Positions 19,854-30,370 of a stretch of 64,000 nucleotides of DNA are shown here, in pieces. The DNA lies in NCBI GenBank assembly GCA_963734545.1, contig CAVTHO010000007.1, forward strand, positions 928,001-992,000. The letters are read 5' to 3'. The notes beneath the pieces were generated by a model. It did no database searches and had not been told where the DNA came from. It was given only the letters and a program-made list of their open reading frames with translations. This DNA is from an uncultured Spirochaetota bacterium. GTDB taxonomy: Bacteria; Spirochaetota; Spirochaetia; SZUA-6; Fen-1364. Made by a program: the position numbers and the translations under genes. The first letter of the stretch is position 1. Every line of letters begins with the position of its first letter.

Positions 19854-20698
19854 CTTCCACCACCTTCGCGTCGACAACCCGGCCGATGAAGCTTCTCTGG
19901 CTGTCCGCCACAAACACCGCTACCTTGCCGCCCATCGCGCGCCGTTGCCATGGCTTTCCCTGGCATCTCGATTGTGATGGGTCCTTTGCGGAAGATCACG
20001 TCCACCGGAGCTCCCGATCTCACGCCGTCCGTCGAACCGGATGCACCCGCGGGCGCCGAGAATGAAACCCTGCCCGAAACCGAGCTGCCGCTCGACCCTG
20101 TCAGCGAATAGGAAACCTCGACGGATCCATTGGCGGCCTTCACAACCTGGAAGAGGGGATTCCCATCGATGGGAAGGCTCCCTTTGAGCTGGCTTTGCAC
20201 GAGCGAGAGCTCCGTGCACGCGGCCCCCACCAGGCCCTGGGAGGACAGGAAATCCACGAGACGCGTGAGCAGGTATGTCTCCTCCTCGGGCAGCGCACCG
20301 CGGGGAACCACAATGGTGCGCGAGCCGACGATGATCGAATCCCTTCCGAACACGGCTTCGAGCTGCTCCCGATAGAGAGCCGCGGGGATGAGCAGAACCT
20401 TGTCTCCTGCGACGGCGATGCTACGGGCGAGCGTCTCGCGCGCCGCGGCGGGGATGTCCCCTGCGGCACGCACCAGGTCGCCGAGGCTGACGTCACCGGG
20501 ATCTGCCGTAACAAGCCGATTGACGTAGAGTGTCGTTCCCTGCGCCTCGACGACACCTGCAAGAGAGAGCGCGAGCACGAGAACTGGCAGGAAAAGAATC
20601 CGCGGGGTACCGCGATGCAAGAGAATCCGCGGGGTGCCGCGATGCAAGAGAATCCGCGGGGTGCCGCGATGCTCACATCGGCGCGGAGCACGCCTCAT
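19840..20698 (-). CDS. flgA: FlgA-like P-ring assembly protein; frameshift near 3' end
   Basis: Signal peptide; C-terminal VRSGAPVDVIFRKGPITIEMPGKAMA..(shift)..SFIGRVVDAKVVEVELP resembles the FlgA C-domain; located between flgG and flgI. Confidence 0.65.
20595..20672. repeat. 3 x 27 bp tandem hairpin repeat within the FlgA-like N-terminus (HRGTPRILL)
   Basis: AGAATCCGCGGGGTRCCGCGATGCAAG repeated at 20595, 20622 and 20649. Confidence 0.9.
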
Positions 20699-20708
20699 CG
20701 CGCCGACC

Positions 20709-21503
20709 TTACCTCTTGAGCGAGGTTGCCGTGGCGAGCATGGAGTCAGAGGTCTGGATGGCCCTCGAGTTCAGCTCGTAGGCTCTCTGGGCCACTATCA
20801 TGTTCACCATTTCCTTGACCACGGACACGTTGGACATTTCCAGGAACTTCTGCTGCACCTTGCCCATGCCGTCGAAACCCGGGCGGCCGGGGATTGCGTC
20901 ACCGGATGCATTCGTGGTCTTCATCAGGTTCTCGCCGATCGATTCGAGACCCGCCGGATTCACGAAGCGGTAGATCTCAAGCTGGCCGACCTCGATCGGA
21001 TCGTCGCTTCCGGCAACCTTGACCGTGATCCTTCCATCCTGCGAGATGCTCAGGCTCTCGTTCACGAATCCTTCGGGCAGGATGACCTCGGGGGAGAGCT
21101 TGTAGCCGCCCGATGTCACCAGCTGGCCGTTCGAATCGATCTTGAACGACCCGTCGCGGGTATAGCCGTACGTGCCGTCAAACTGCGTCACGCGGAAAAA
21201 CCCCTCGCCCTCGATGGCCATGTCAGCGGGGTTCCCCGTGGCCTGGAGCGCACCCTGCGTGAATATCTTCTGGGTGGCGGCAGGCTTGACGCCGTGGCCT
21301 ACCTGCACGCCGGTGGGAACCACGGTGGCTTCCGTGGCGGGAGTGCCCGCGAGCCTCTCGGTCTGGTAGAGCAGGTCTTCGAAATCGGCCCGCATCTGCT
21401 TGAAGCCCGTCGTGTTCACGTTCGCCAGGTTATTGGAGATCGTGTCGATGTTGAATTGCTGCCCCGTCATTCCCGACGCGGCCGTCCACAGTGATCTCAT
21501 CAT
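20709..21503 (-). CDS. flgG: flagellar basal-body distal rod protein FlgG
   Basis: MMRSLWTAASGM, ISNNLANVNTTGFK, FEDLLYQ, YTRDGSF, LEMSNV, AQRAYELNSR. Confidence 0.96.
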   Translation of the reverse strand: MMRSLWTAASGMTGQQFNIDTISNNLANVNTTGFKQMRADFEDLLYQTERLAGTPATEATVVPTGVQVGHGVKPAATQKIFTQGALQATGNPADMAIEGEGFFRVTQFDGTYGYTRDGSFKIDSNGQLVTSGGYKLSPEVILPEGFVNESLSISQDGRITVKVAGSDDPIEVGQLEIYRFVNPAGLESIGENLMKTTNASGDAIPGRPGFDGMGKVQQKFLEMSNVSVVKEMVNMIVAQRAYELNSRAIQTSDSMLATATSLKR

Positions 21504-22348
21504 ACTTTCACCACCTCATTCCACAGCTTGCCGATCAGAGCATCCTCGGTCTGGATCGTCTTCTGATTCGCGTCGTAGGCCCGGTTCACTTCGATCATCT
21601 CGACCATTTCCTGGACCGCGTTGACGTTGGCCCCTTCGAGAAATCCCTGCCGCACCTTGGGCCGCGTGTCGGGACCCATGATCTCCGCGGGACCTGATTC
21701 ATCGGTGGCGCGCCAGTAGGAGTTGCCCTGCTTTTCCAGGTAGCGCCTCCGCGAGACGTCCACGATCTTCAGCCTGTCCACCTTCTCGATGTTCTCCCAC
21801 TGGTTTTCCGCCTGGCTCACGAGGCGCTTGTCATCCGTAGCGAACGTCGAGTTCTGCCAGACGGTTCCATCCTGATCGATCACGAAGTTGTTTTTCTTCA
21901 GCTTGATGGGGCCGTTCTCGCCGAGCACGAAGTCGCCGGTCTTGGAGACCAGGTAGCCGTCGCTGTTGACCAGGAACGCCCCGTTGCGCGTGAGCCGCTC
22001 CCCCTGGGGTGTCTGCACGGTCATGAAGCCGCTTCCCTCGATGGCAAGGTCGAAGTCGTTCTCCGTCTGCTTCAGCGTACCCTGGGTGAAATTGGTATAG
22101 ACCTCGTTGGTCTCCACGCCAGTTCCCAGGGTCCCCACGATAGGCGCCGTGTCCACGGAGCCGAACGGGAATTTGTACATCCCATCGTCGTTCATGCGGC
22201 GCATGAGCATCTCGGGAAACGCCTTCTGGATGGCGGTGTCCTTCTTGTAGCCGTTGAGGTCGACATTCGCCAGGTTGTTGGCGATCTCGTCCAGGCGGTT
22301 CTGCTGAACGTTCATGCCGCTGGCGGCGGTAAATAGCCCTCGAACCAC
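21500..22348 (-). CDS. flgF: flagellar basal-body rod protein FlgF/FlhO
   Basis: GLFTAASGM, IANNLANV, TRNGAF, LEGANVNAVQEMVEMI. Confidence 0.85.
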   Translation of the reverse strand: MVRGLFTAASGMNVQQNRLDEIANNLANVDLNGYKKDTAIQKAFPEMLMRRMNDDGMYKFPFGSVDTAPIVGTLGTGVETNEVYTNFTQGTLKQTENDFDLAIEGSGFMTVQTPQGERLTRNGAFLVNSDGYLVSKTGDFVLGENGPIKLKKNNFVIDQDGTVWQNSTFATDDKRLVSQAENQWENIEKVDRLKIVDVSRRRYLEKQGNSYWRATDESGPAEIMGPDTRPKVRQGFLEGANVNAVQEMVEMIEVNRAYDANQKTIQTEDALIGKLWNEVVKV

Positions 22349-22384
22349 GGGTGCCTCCGTTCTGCTGATGCTCTGCTTCTTTCA

Positions 22385-22411
22385 TTATCGGAAGGGATCT
22401 ACCATCCTTGA
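22385..22411 (-). promoter_or_regulatory. sigma28 (FliA) promoter of the flgF-flgG-flgA-flgI-flgJ operon
   Basis: Minus strand TCAA-N15-TCCGATAA versus consensus TAAA-N15-GCCGATAA. Confidence 0.75.
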
Positions 22412-22539
22412 CCACGGATCAAAACCTCCGAGCCCGCCAATTCCGCCCTTCCGCGGTAGAGGAGTACCCGTTCGGCGGGTACGCCGTGCCCCGCGGAGCA
22501 GAGCGGCCGGGAGCGGAAACTCCGCCAGGAGCGGAAGGG

Positions 22540-22568
22540 TTGCCATTTTGCCCGCTTTTATGTATCCT
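22540..22568 (+). promoter_or_regulatory. sigma70 promoter of tRNA-Thr
   Basis: TTGCCA-17 nt-TATCCT, 9 nt before the tRNA. Confidence 0.7.
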
Positions 22569-22577
22569 CACCCGCAC

Positions 22578-22650
22578 GCCAAGATAGCTCAGCTGGTAGA
22601 GCAGCGCATTCGTAATGCGCAGGTCCTGGGTTCGAGTCCCAGTCTTGGCT
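22578..22650 (+). tRNA. tRNA-Thr (CGT); CCA not encoded
   Basis: Acceptor stem GCCAAGA/TCTTGGC, D-arm AGCTCAGCTGGTAGAGC, anticodon arm GCGCA-TTCGTAA-TGCGC, T-loop GGTTCGAGTCC. Confidence 0.97.
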
Positions 22651-22728
22651 GTTACTCCCCGTCAGACACCGTTCGCCCCGATAAAAAAAACTCTCGACAC
22701 TGAAACCCCCTCCATGTTAGTGTACGGC

Positions 22729-23127
22729 ATGCTCCGAAAGATCCTCAGCACGCGGGGAGTCATCCCCGTCATCATGTGCTTCCAGGTCGTACCCCTGCTC
22801 GTATTTCCGCTCTCGTCGTACACGGTCAAGTCGCAGGAATGGTGGTTGCCGGTTCTTCTCACCCTGCTCGTCCTCATCTCACTCGTCCAGATTCTGATTC
22901 GCAAATCGCAGGCTCTGTGGCCGTGGTATCTCGTCTCCTTCGCGCAGGGGGTCAACATCATCAGCAGGCTGATGATGCTGCTGCCGCATGCGACGAAGAA
23001 CAACGAAGGCGTCCAGGATTTCAACCCGGAATACGTGATCATCGCCATAGCGGCGATGATCCTTTCCGCATTCGAGATCTGGTACAACGATCTGCCGGAA
23101 GTGCGCAGAAACCTGCTGTCCGCATAG
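22729..23127 (+). CDS. hypothetical membrane protein (~4 TM)
   Basis: Hydrophobic ORF starting MLRKILSTRGVIPVIMCFQVVP. Confidence 0.7.
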   Translation: MLRKILSTRGVIPVIMCFQVVPLLVFPLSSYTVKSQEWWLPVLLTLLVLISLVQILIRKSQALWPWYLVSFAQGVNIISRLMMLLPHATKNNEGVQDFNPEYVIIAIAAMILSAFEIWYNDLPEVRRNLLSA

Positions 23128-23157
23128 GGGAATTGCCCGAATGACGGCAGGCGTGTA

Positions 23158-23185
23158 TTGACAATTATTCGGCCGGGTGTATAGT
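23158..23185 (+). promoter_or_regulatory. sigma70 promoter of the liv operon
   Basis: TTGACA-16 nt-TATAGT, about 180 nt before the start codon. Confidence 0.75.
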
Positions 23186-23365
23186 TTTGCATCGTTTCCC
23201 CGGGCCGGAAAGCTGACCTCACGAATCCCCGGGCGGAGTGTCCGACAAGGAGGTGCCGCTGTCATCGAAGGACGGGTGATGTTCAAGAGGGGCCCGACAA
23301 GCCATCCGTTTGGTTTGAGCTGGATATAAGAACGCTCTCAGAACAACTTGATGAAGGAGGTTAGA

Positions 23366-24520
23366 ATGAAGCGTTTTCTGTCACTTACTGCGCTCGTGCT
23401 GGTGCTGATGATCGCTGTCATCGGCTGCCAGCAGGCACCCAAGGAACTGAAGGTCGCCGTACTGGCGCCCCTGTCGGGCCCGGTGCCGACGTTCGGTGTT
23501 TCGACGCGCGACGGCGCGCTGCTCGCCATAGATGAATGGAACGCCAAGGGCGGCGTTCTCGGCATGAAGATCACGACGATCGTCGAGGACAGCCAGTGCA
23601 CCCCGGACCCCGCGGTCAATGCGGCCAACAAGGTCATCAACCAGGACAAGGTGCACTACATCATCGGTGAGGTGTGCTCGAAGGCGTCCATCCCCATCTC
23701 CGAGATCGCCAATGCGGCCAAGGTGATCCAGATGAGCCCGACCTCCACCAACACCTCGGTGACGGTGGACAAGAATGGCGCCACGAAGGCGTACATCTTC
23801 AGGGCCTGCTTCATCGATCCGTTCCAGGGCAAGGTCGGTGCGACCTTCGCCTTCAACAACCTGAAGGCCAAGAAGGCATTCGTCATGTCTGACCAGAGCA
23901 ACGACTACGTGAAGGGCCTCGCCGAAGCCTTCGAAGCCACCTTCACCGAGCTCGGCGGCACAGATCGTGGGCAAGGAGAACTACACGGGAACGGACACCG
24001 ACTTCTCCGCCATCCTCGCCAAGGTGAAGAACGCCAAGCCCGACATCGTGTACCTGCCTGACTACTACAACGTCGTCAACCTCGCCACCAAGCAGGCCAA
24101 GGAAAAGGGCATCATCGCCCCGTTCATGGGCGGTGATGGTTGGGATTCCGCGGACCTCGACACCAAGGCCAGCGACGGCGGGTACTACACCAACCACTAT
24201 TCCGCTGACGATCAGCGCCCCGAGGTTCAGAATTTCCTCAAGGCCTACGGCGCCAAGTACAAGGACGACTTCGGGCAAGGCCATGGTTCCCGACGCCCTG
24301 GCGGCCCTCGCGTACGACGCCACGAACCTGCTCCTGACCGCGGTGAAGAACGCCGGCGGCGACAACACCGACAAGGTGAAGGCCGCCCTCGAGGGCATCT
24401 CCTTCAACGCGGTGTCCGGCAAGATCACCTATCGACGCCCAGCACAACCCTGTGAAGGGCGCGGTCATCCTGCACGTCAAGGGCGGAAAGGTCATATTCG
24501 ACTCGTTCGTCTCGCCCTGA
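23366..24520 (+). CDS. livK: branched-chain amino acid ABC transporter substrate-binding lipoprotein; 3 frameshifts
   Basis: Lipobox VIGC, APLSG, LAIDEWNAKGGVLG, FRACFIDPFQG, TDFSAILAKVK, ALAYDA; AGGAGG RBS. Confidence 0.9.
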
Positions 24521-24545
24521 CCTTACTGATTGATGCACATGTGAT

Positions 24546-24578
24546 GAGAGGGCAGCCTTCGGGTTGCCCTCTCTCTTT
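24546..24578 (+). terminator. intrinsic terminator or stabilising hairpin after the binding-protein gene
   Basis: GAGAGGGCAGCC-TTCG-GGTTGCCCTCTC followed by TCTTT. Confidence 0.75.
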
Positions 24579-24607
24579 CAACCGAATCATGCAAGACCGG
24601 AGCGCAC

Positions 24608-25741
24608 ATGCCCGATAAGAGCAACATCACTGCGGCCGCAGTCGCTGCCCCGCGCAAGAATCGGTACCCCCTCGCCTGGGTGGGCAACGGGTTCCTCATC
24701 ATCCTGTCGGTTCTGGCCGCCTATATCCTCGTCAGCAACCTGATCAGGAACCCGATCGTATTTCTCCAGAACATCCTGGATGGGCTGAAGCTCGGGTTCG
24801 TCTACGCTCTCATCGCCCTCGGCTACACGATGGTCTACGGGATCGTCAAGCTGATCAACTTCGCCCACGGCGACATCTTCATGGTGGGCGCGTTCACCAG
24901 CTTCTTCGCGGTCAGCCAGTTCAACCTGCACAAGTGGCCGCAGATGCTGATCCCCGCGCTTCCCGGCCGGCCTTTCCATCGTCATCGGGTCTCTCACCGT
25001 CATCCTTCTCTCGATGGTCGTCTGCATCCTGCTGGCGGTCACGATCGAGCGGGTCGCCTACAAGCCGCTGCGCGACGCTCCCCGAATCGCCGCCTTGATC
25101 ACCGCCATCGGCGTGTCATTTTTCCTCGAGTTCTTCGGGGCGCTGCAATTCGTCTTCTCTCCCCGTTTCATCCCCTACAAGAGCCCCTTCGACACGACGG
25201 CATGGTACATCCAGTCCGGTATCCACCCCATCGTGTCGGGACAGGCATCTCCGGACAACACCATTTCCTTCTCCAATATCTTCCTCATCATCCTCGTGGC
25301 CTCGGTGCTCGTGCAGATCTTCCTCCAGTTCCTCGTCCGCCGGACCAAGATCGGCATCGCCATGCGGGCAACCTCGTTCGACAAGCCCACCGCCCGGCTC
25401 ATGGGCATCAACGTGGACCGGGTGATTTCGTTCACGTTCGCCATCGGCTCGCGGATTTCGCCGGTCTTGGCGGGGTGCTGTACGCCATCGCCTATGCGTC
25501 GATCTGGACCCAGCTCGGCATCCTCCCCGGCCTGAAAGCGTTCGTGGCCGCGGTCCTTGGCGGGATTGGCAGTCTCCCGGGCGCGTTCGTCGGCGCCCTG
25601 ATCATGGGACAGGCGGAATCCCTGACCATGAGCTACATCTCCACCCCGATGCGTGACGCGGTCGCATTCACCATCCTCATCATCGTGCTGCTGGTAAAGC
25701 CCACGGGCATCTTCGGCGAGCCCGCCGGCGAGAAGGCGTAG
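24608..25741 (+). CDS. livH: branched-chain amino acid ABC permease LivH; frameshifts
   Basis: YALIALGYTMVYGIVKLINFAHG, IERVAYKPLR, GIAMRATS, KAFVAAVLGGIGS. Confidence 0.92.
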   Translation: MPDKSNITAAAVAAPRKNRYPLAWVGNGFLIILSVLAAYILVSNLIRNPIVFLQNILDGLKLGFVYALIALGYTMVYGIVKLINFAHGDIFMVGAFTSFFAVSQFNLHKWPQMLIPALPGRPFHRHRVSHRHPSLDGRLHPAGGHDRAGRLQAAARRSPNRRLDHRHRRVIFPRVLRGAAIRLLSPFHPLQEPLRHDGMVHPVRYPPHRVGTGISGQHHFLLQYLPHHPRGLGARADLPPVPRPPDQDRHRHAGNLVRQAHRPAHGHQRGPGDFVHVRHRLADFAGLGGVLYAIAYASIWTQLGILPGLKAFVAAVLGGIGSLPGAFVGALIMGQAESLTMSYISTPMRDAVAFTILIIVLLVKPTGIFGEPAGEKA

Positions 25742-25750
25742 GGGGCGATC

Positions 25751-27121
25751 ATGGAGCTCGGTTACCTGTTTTCGACGATCCTGAAGATGGCCGCCCTGAT
25801 CGCCTGGATCTACGGCTTGATGTGGGGCTTGAAGCACAAGCTTCTCTGGCAGAAGGCGCTCACCGTCATCCTCGCCTTCGGGGTCATCCAGGCGGCATTT
25901 CTCATCCATTTCGGGGAGTTCGCAGCTTTTCTCGGCTTTCGACCAGGGGCTGCTCTTCCAGGCCGTCACCATGGCCATGGTGGCACTCGGTCTGAACCTC
26001 ATCTACGGATTCAACGGCCAGTTCAGCCTCGCGCAGTGGGGCTTCTACGGCATCGGAGCCTATTGCGCCGCTGACATCACCTACCGGTGGGCGAACGGTG
26101 ACCCCAGCGGGCTGCTTGTCGTGGGCATCGGTGTGATTCTTGCCGCAATTGCCCTGGTCGGCGTCGGCCGCCTTCTGCGGCTCAAGCGCGGCATTCCCGT
26201 GCTCTCGGCATTCACGTTCTACCTTGTGGCAATCAGTGGCGGCAGGGCTTGTTGCAGTGCTCGCCGGCAGGGCGCTTGCCCCCGCGCTCCTTCCCCTGTT
26301 CGGCACAACCGGAGCCCCCGGCGTCCTCGCCTCACCCTTCGTCCAGCAGATCGTGTTCTTCCTCTCGGTATTGATCGCGGGCGCTTTCGCGGCGGAGGTG
26401 AGCTTCCTCTTCGGCCTGCCCGTGCTCACACTGGGAAGCGACTACTTCGGCATCGCCACCCTGGGCTTTGCCATCGTGGTGCAGACCCTTATGGTGAACT
26501 CCGACACGATCCTGCCCTTCCCCGAGATGAAGGGCGGGCGCGGCATGATCGGGATCCCGAAGATGACCTCGTGGATCGCGGCTTTCGCCTTCCTGATGCT
26601 CGTCATCGTCATCGTGCGCAACTTCGTCCGCTCCAGCACGGGCCGTGCCACCATGTCCGTGCGGGAGGACGAAACGGCCGCCAAGGCCATGGGCATCGAC
26701 GTCGCGGGGTCAAAGCTGCTCGTCTTCGTGGTGGGGAGCTTCGTCGCGGGCATCGGCGGCGGCGTGTACGCCCACTACATCGGGTTCCTCAGCCCGGCCA
26801 CCTTCAGCTTCATCGCCGGTTTCAACCCGCTCATCATCGTGGTCTTCGGCGGGCTGGGAAGCATGACCGGATCGATTGCCGCCTCCTTCGTCTGGATCTT
26901 CTTCCTGGAGGGGTTCCTGCGTGTCCTCTTGAGCCAGATGGGAACGGATGCGCCGACGTGGCGATTCGTCCTCTATCCCATCACCCTCCTGCTCCTCATG
27001 CTGATCCGGCCCCAGGGGCTGCTGGGCTCCGTCGAGTGGGGATTTCTCAAGCCCGACGCGATCATCCGCCGGCTGAAGGGCAACGGCGGCGGCGGCCGTG
27101 GAACAGAAGGAGCAGGCCTGA
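25751..27121 (+). CDS. livM: branched-chain amino acid ABC permease LivM; frameshifts
   Basis: LGLNLIYGFNGQFSL, DYFGIATLGF, VREDETAAKAMGI, VVFGGLGS, RPQGLLG. Confidence 0.9.
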
Positions 27122-27122
27122 C

Positions 27123-27912
27123 ATGGCAGAACGTCAACACAACGCGTCCCCTGCTCGACATCCACGATCTGACCAAGTTCTTCGGCGGCCTGTGCGCGGT
27201 CAAGAACTTCAGCCTCGCGCTGCCCCAGGGCGTCCTGTGGGGCCTCATCGGGCCCAACGGAGCGGGCAAGACCACGGTGTTCAACCTGTCACGGCCTGAT
27301 CCAGCTGTCCTCCGGGGAGATCACGTTCGGGGAAGAGCGGATCGACGGCCTGGAGCCGTACGAGATCACGCGGCTCGGCATCGCCCGCACGTTCCAGAAC
27401 ATCCGGTTGTTCTCCAACCTCTCGGTGCTGGACAACGTGCGCATCGCCTACCACCCCCACGCGGGCTACGGGCTCTCGGACAGCCTCCTGCGCACGAAGA
27501 ACTTCGTCACAAAGGAGAACGAGCTCACCGAGCAGGCCCTGGAGTTCCTGTCCATCTTCAAGCTGGAAGGCATTGCCGGGGAGATCGCAAAGAACCTCCC
27601 CTACGGGGAACAGCGACGCGTGGAGATTGCCCGCGCGCTGGCGTGCAAGCCGCAGTCTCCTTCTCCTCGACGAGCCTGCCGCGGGAATGAACCCGCGGGA
27701 AATCATGGAGCTCATGGACCTGATCCATTTCATCCGGGACAGGTTCAAGCTCACGATCCTCCTCATCGAGCACCAGATGCGCGTGGTCATGAGCATCTGC
27801 GAATGGATCACCGTGATGGACTTCGGCGAGGTGATCGCCCGCGGGACGCCGAAGGAGATCCAGGGCAACCAGACGGTCATCGAGGCGTACCTCGGCAAAG
27901 GAGTGGCAAGCA

Positions 27913-27926
<14 letters not shown>
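27123..27926 (+). CDS. livG: branched-chain amino acid ABC ATPase LivG; frameshifts
   Basis: LIGPNGAGKTTVFN, LPYGEQRRVEIARAL, LLLDEPAAGMN, IEHQM. Confidence 0.92.
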
Positions 27927-28618
<692 letters not shown>

Positions 28619-28640
28619 GGACTCGGAAGCGCGGCTGTTC

Positions 28641-29301
28641 CTATTTTTCCTGGTGCTTGCGCCGCGAGTTCACGAACCGGGCGAAATCGTTGATGTTCTT
28701 CACGACGATCCGGTCCGGATGCAGCTCGATGCGGCGCTGGGCGACGAAGTGGTTGAGCACTTCCCGGCACTGCCCGGGCGGGATGCCGGCCCAATGCGAC
28801 ATGTCGTCCACGGTGGTCTTGAAATCGATGGAATCGCCCGCTGAGGTGATCCATGGACTGGTTTTCCGCGAGCATGAGGAACACGTCGGCGACCTTGGCC
28901 TCCACGTCGTCCAGGGTGAGGATCAGGAATCGTCCGCTTCTGGTCGTAGATCCTCTTGATGAACAGCTTCAGGAGCTTCAGCGCGATCTGCGGGTTGCCC
29001 ATCATGAGCACCTCGAAGTTCTCGCGGTTGAACTCCAGCGCCTTCACGTCGTCCAGCGCGATGGTCGTGGCGGAGCGCGGCGCCTCTTCCAGGATGGCCA
29101 TCTCGCCGAAGACCTCCCCGGGGTAGAGGATGTCGATGTTCTTTTCCAGGTCCCCGATGATGCGCACGATCTGCACCCTTCCGGCCTGGATGAGGTAGAA
29201 GGTGTCCCCCGGCTCGTACTCGCAGAAGATGATGTCGCCCTTGCGGAAGGTGACTTGGAGAAACGGTTGAACATGGAGAGATCAGGGCCGGCCGGGCTCA
29301 C
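28641..29301 (-). CDS. Crp/Fnr family cNMP-binding regulator; frameshifts
   Basis: GDIIFCEYEPGDTFYLIQAG, GEVFGEMAILEEAPRSAT, C-terminal HTH-like TTVDDMSHWAGI. Confidence 0.82.
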
Positions 29302-30346
29302 GCCTTCTCTCCCTCCAGGGCCCGCAGCGCTTTCTTCACCTTGCGGACAACCGGGTCGTCTTCCGTTCCCATGCTGATGATCTTCTTGAACAGGCCGCCG
29401 CGCCTTGGCCTTGTCCCCCTTCTCCTCGTAGGAGCGGCCGACGAAGAAGAGCGCATCCTTCATCTCGGGATGCTTGGGGAACTTCTGCACGATTGCCGAG
29501 AACGACTCTGATGCAGTTGTCGTACTGCTTGAGGTAGAACAGGCACTTGGCCATCTCGAACTCCGCCTTGGAGGAGTACTCGGGATCCGCCCCGCCGTCC
29601 AGGATCTTCTTGAACGCCTTGTATGCCTCCATGTACTTCTCCTGGCTCACGAGACTGACCGCGTTGTAGTACGCCTGGGCAAGGTCGGGCAGCTCTCCCG
29701 CGGCGGAAGGAGCCTGCGCGGCCGCCGCGGGCTGGGCAGCGGCTGCCGGCCGGCGGCGGCGCCGAGGCGTGGGACGCCGCCGGGCCGGCGCGCCCGAGCC
29801 GTACCGGGACACGAACTCCTCTGCCTGCATGATCTTGTTGGTGACATCCGCCGCGTAGGCACCCGACGGGATAGTACACGAGGTAGCGCTTGTAGGCGTG
29901 CAGCGCCTGGCCGATAGCGCTTGTTCTTCAGGTAGTACTCGCCGATCTTGTACAGACCCGGTCTCGGGGTTGACCTGCTCGTCGCTCACCATGAGGTTCT
30001 GGACCTGCCGGTGGATGCGGCGGAGCTGGTTGGAGAACACCTTGAGCATTTTCGTGATGATGCGCGTGTTCTTGGAGGCGACCTGCTCGAACTCGGGGAC
30101 GGAGAAGACCATGACGGCGGCATCCTGCAGGACGATCGCCGTCTCCTCCCGCATGTAGCGGCCCAGCGCGGATTTCACGCCGAAGAACTCGCCCATCTTG
30201 ATCAGGTCCCGCACTTCCTGGCCCGTCTCGATGTCGACGTAGCTCAGGCTCACCTTGCCGGAGTTGAGCAGGAAGATCCTGTCGCTCTGGTCGCCCTTGA
30301 AGTAGATGATCGAGTTGGCCCTGTACTGTACAGCCTTGGGAGACAC
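29298..30346 (-). CDS. cNMP-binding domain plus TPR-repeat protein; frameshifts
   Basis: IIYFKGDQSDRIFLLNSG..GEFFGVKSALGRYMREETA; TPR-like YYNAVSLVSQEKYMEAYKAF and DALFFVGRSYEEKG. Confidence 0.82.
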
Positions 30347-30370
30347 TTCCCGTTCGCTCCTGCGTGAAAG

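Noticed and set aside
26140-27690. Apparent LivM-LivG fusion ORF
   Set aside because: An RBS-like AAGGAG, a TGA at 27119-27121 and an ATG at 27123 mark a normal gene boundary; the fusion is most likely due to indels
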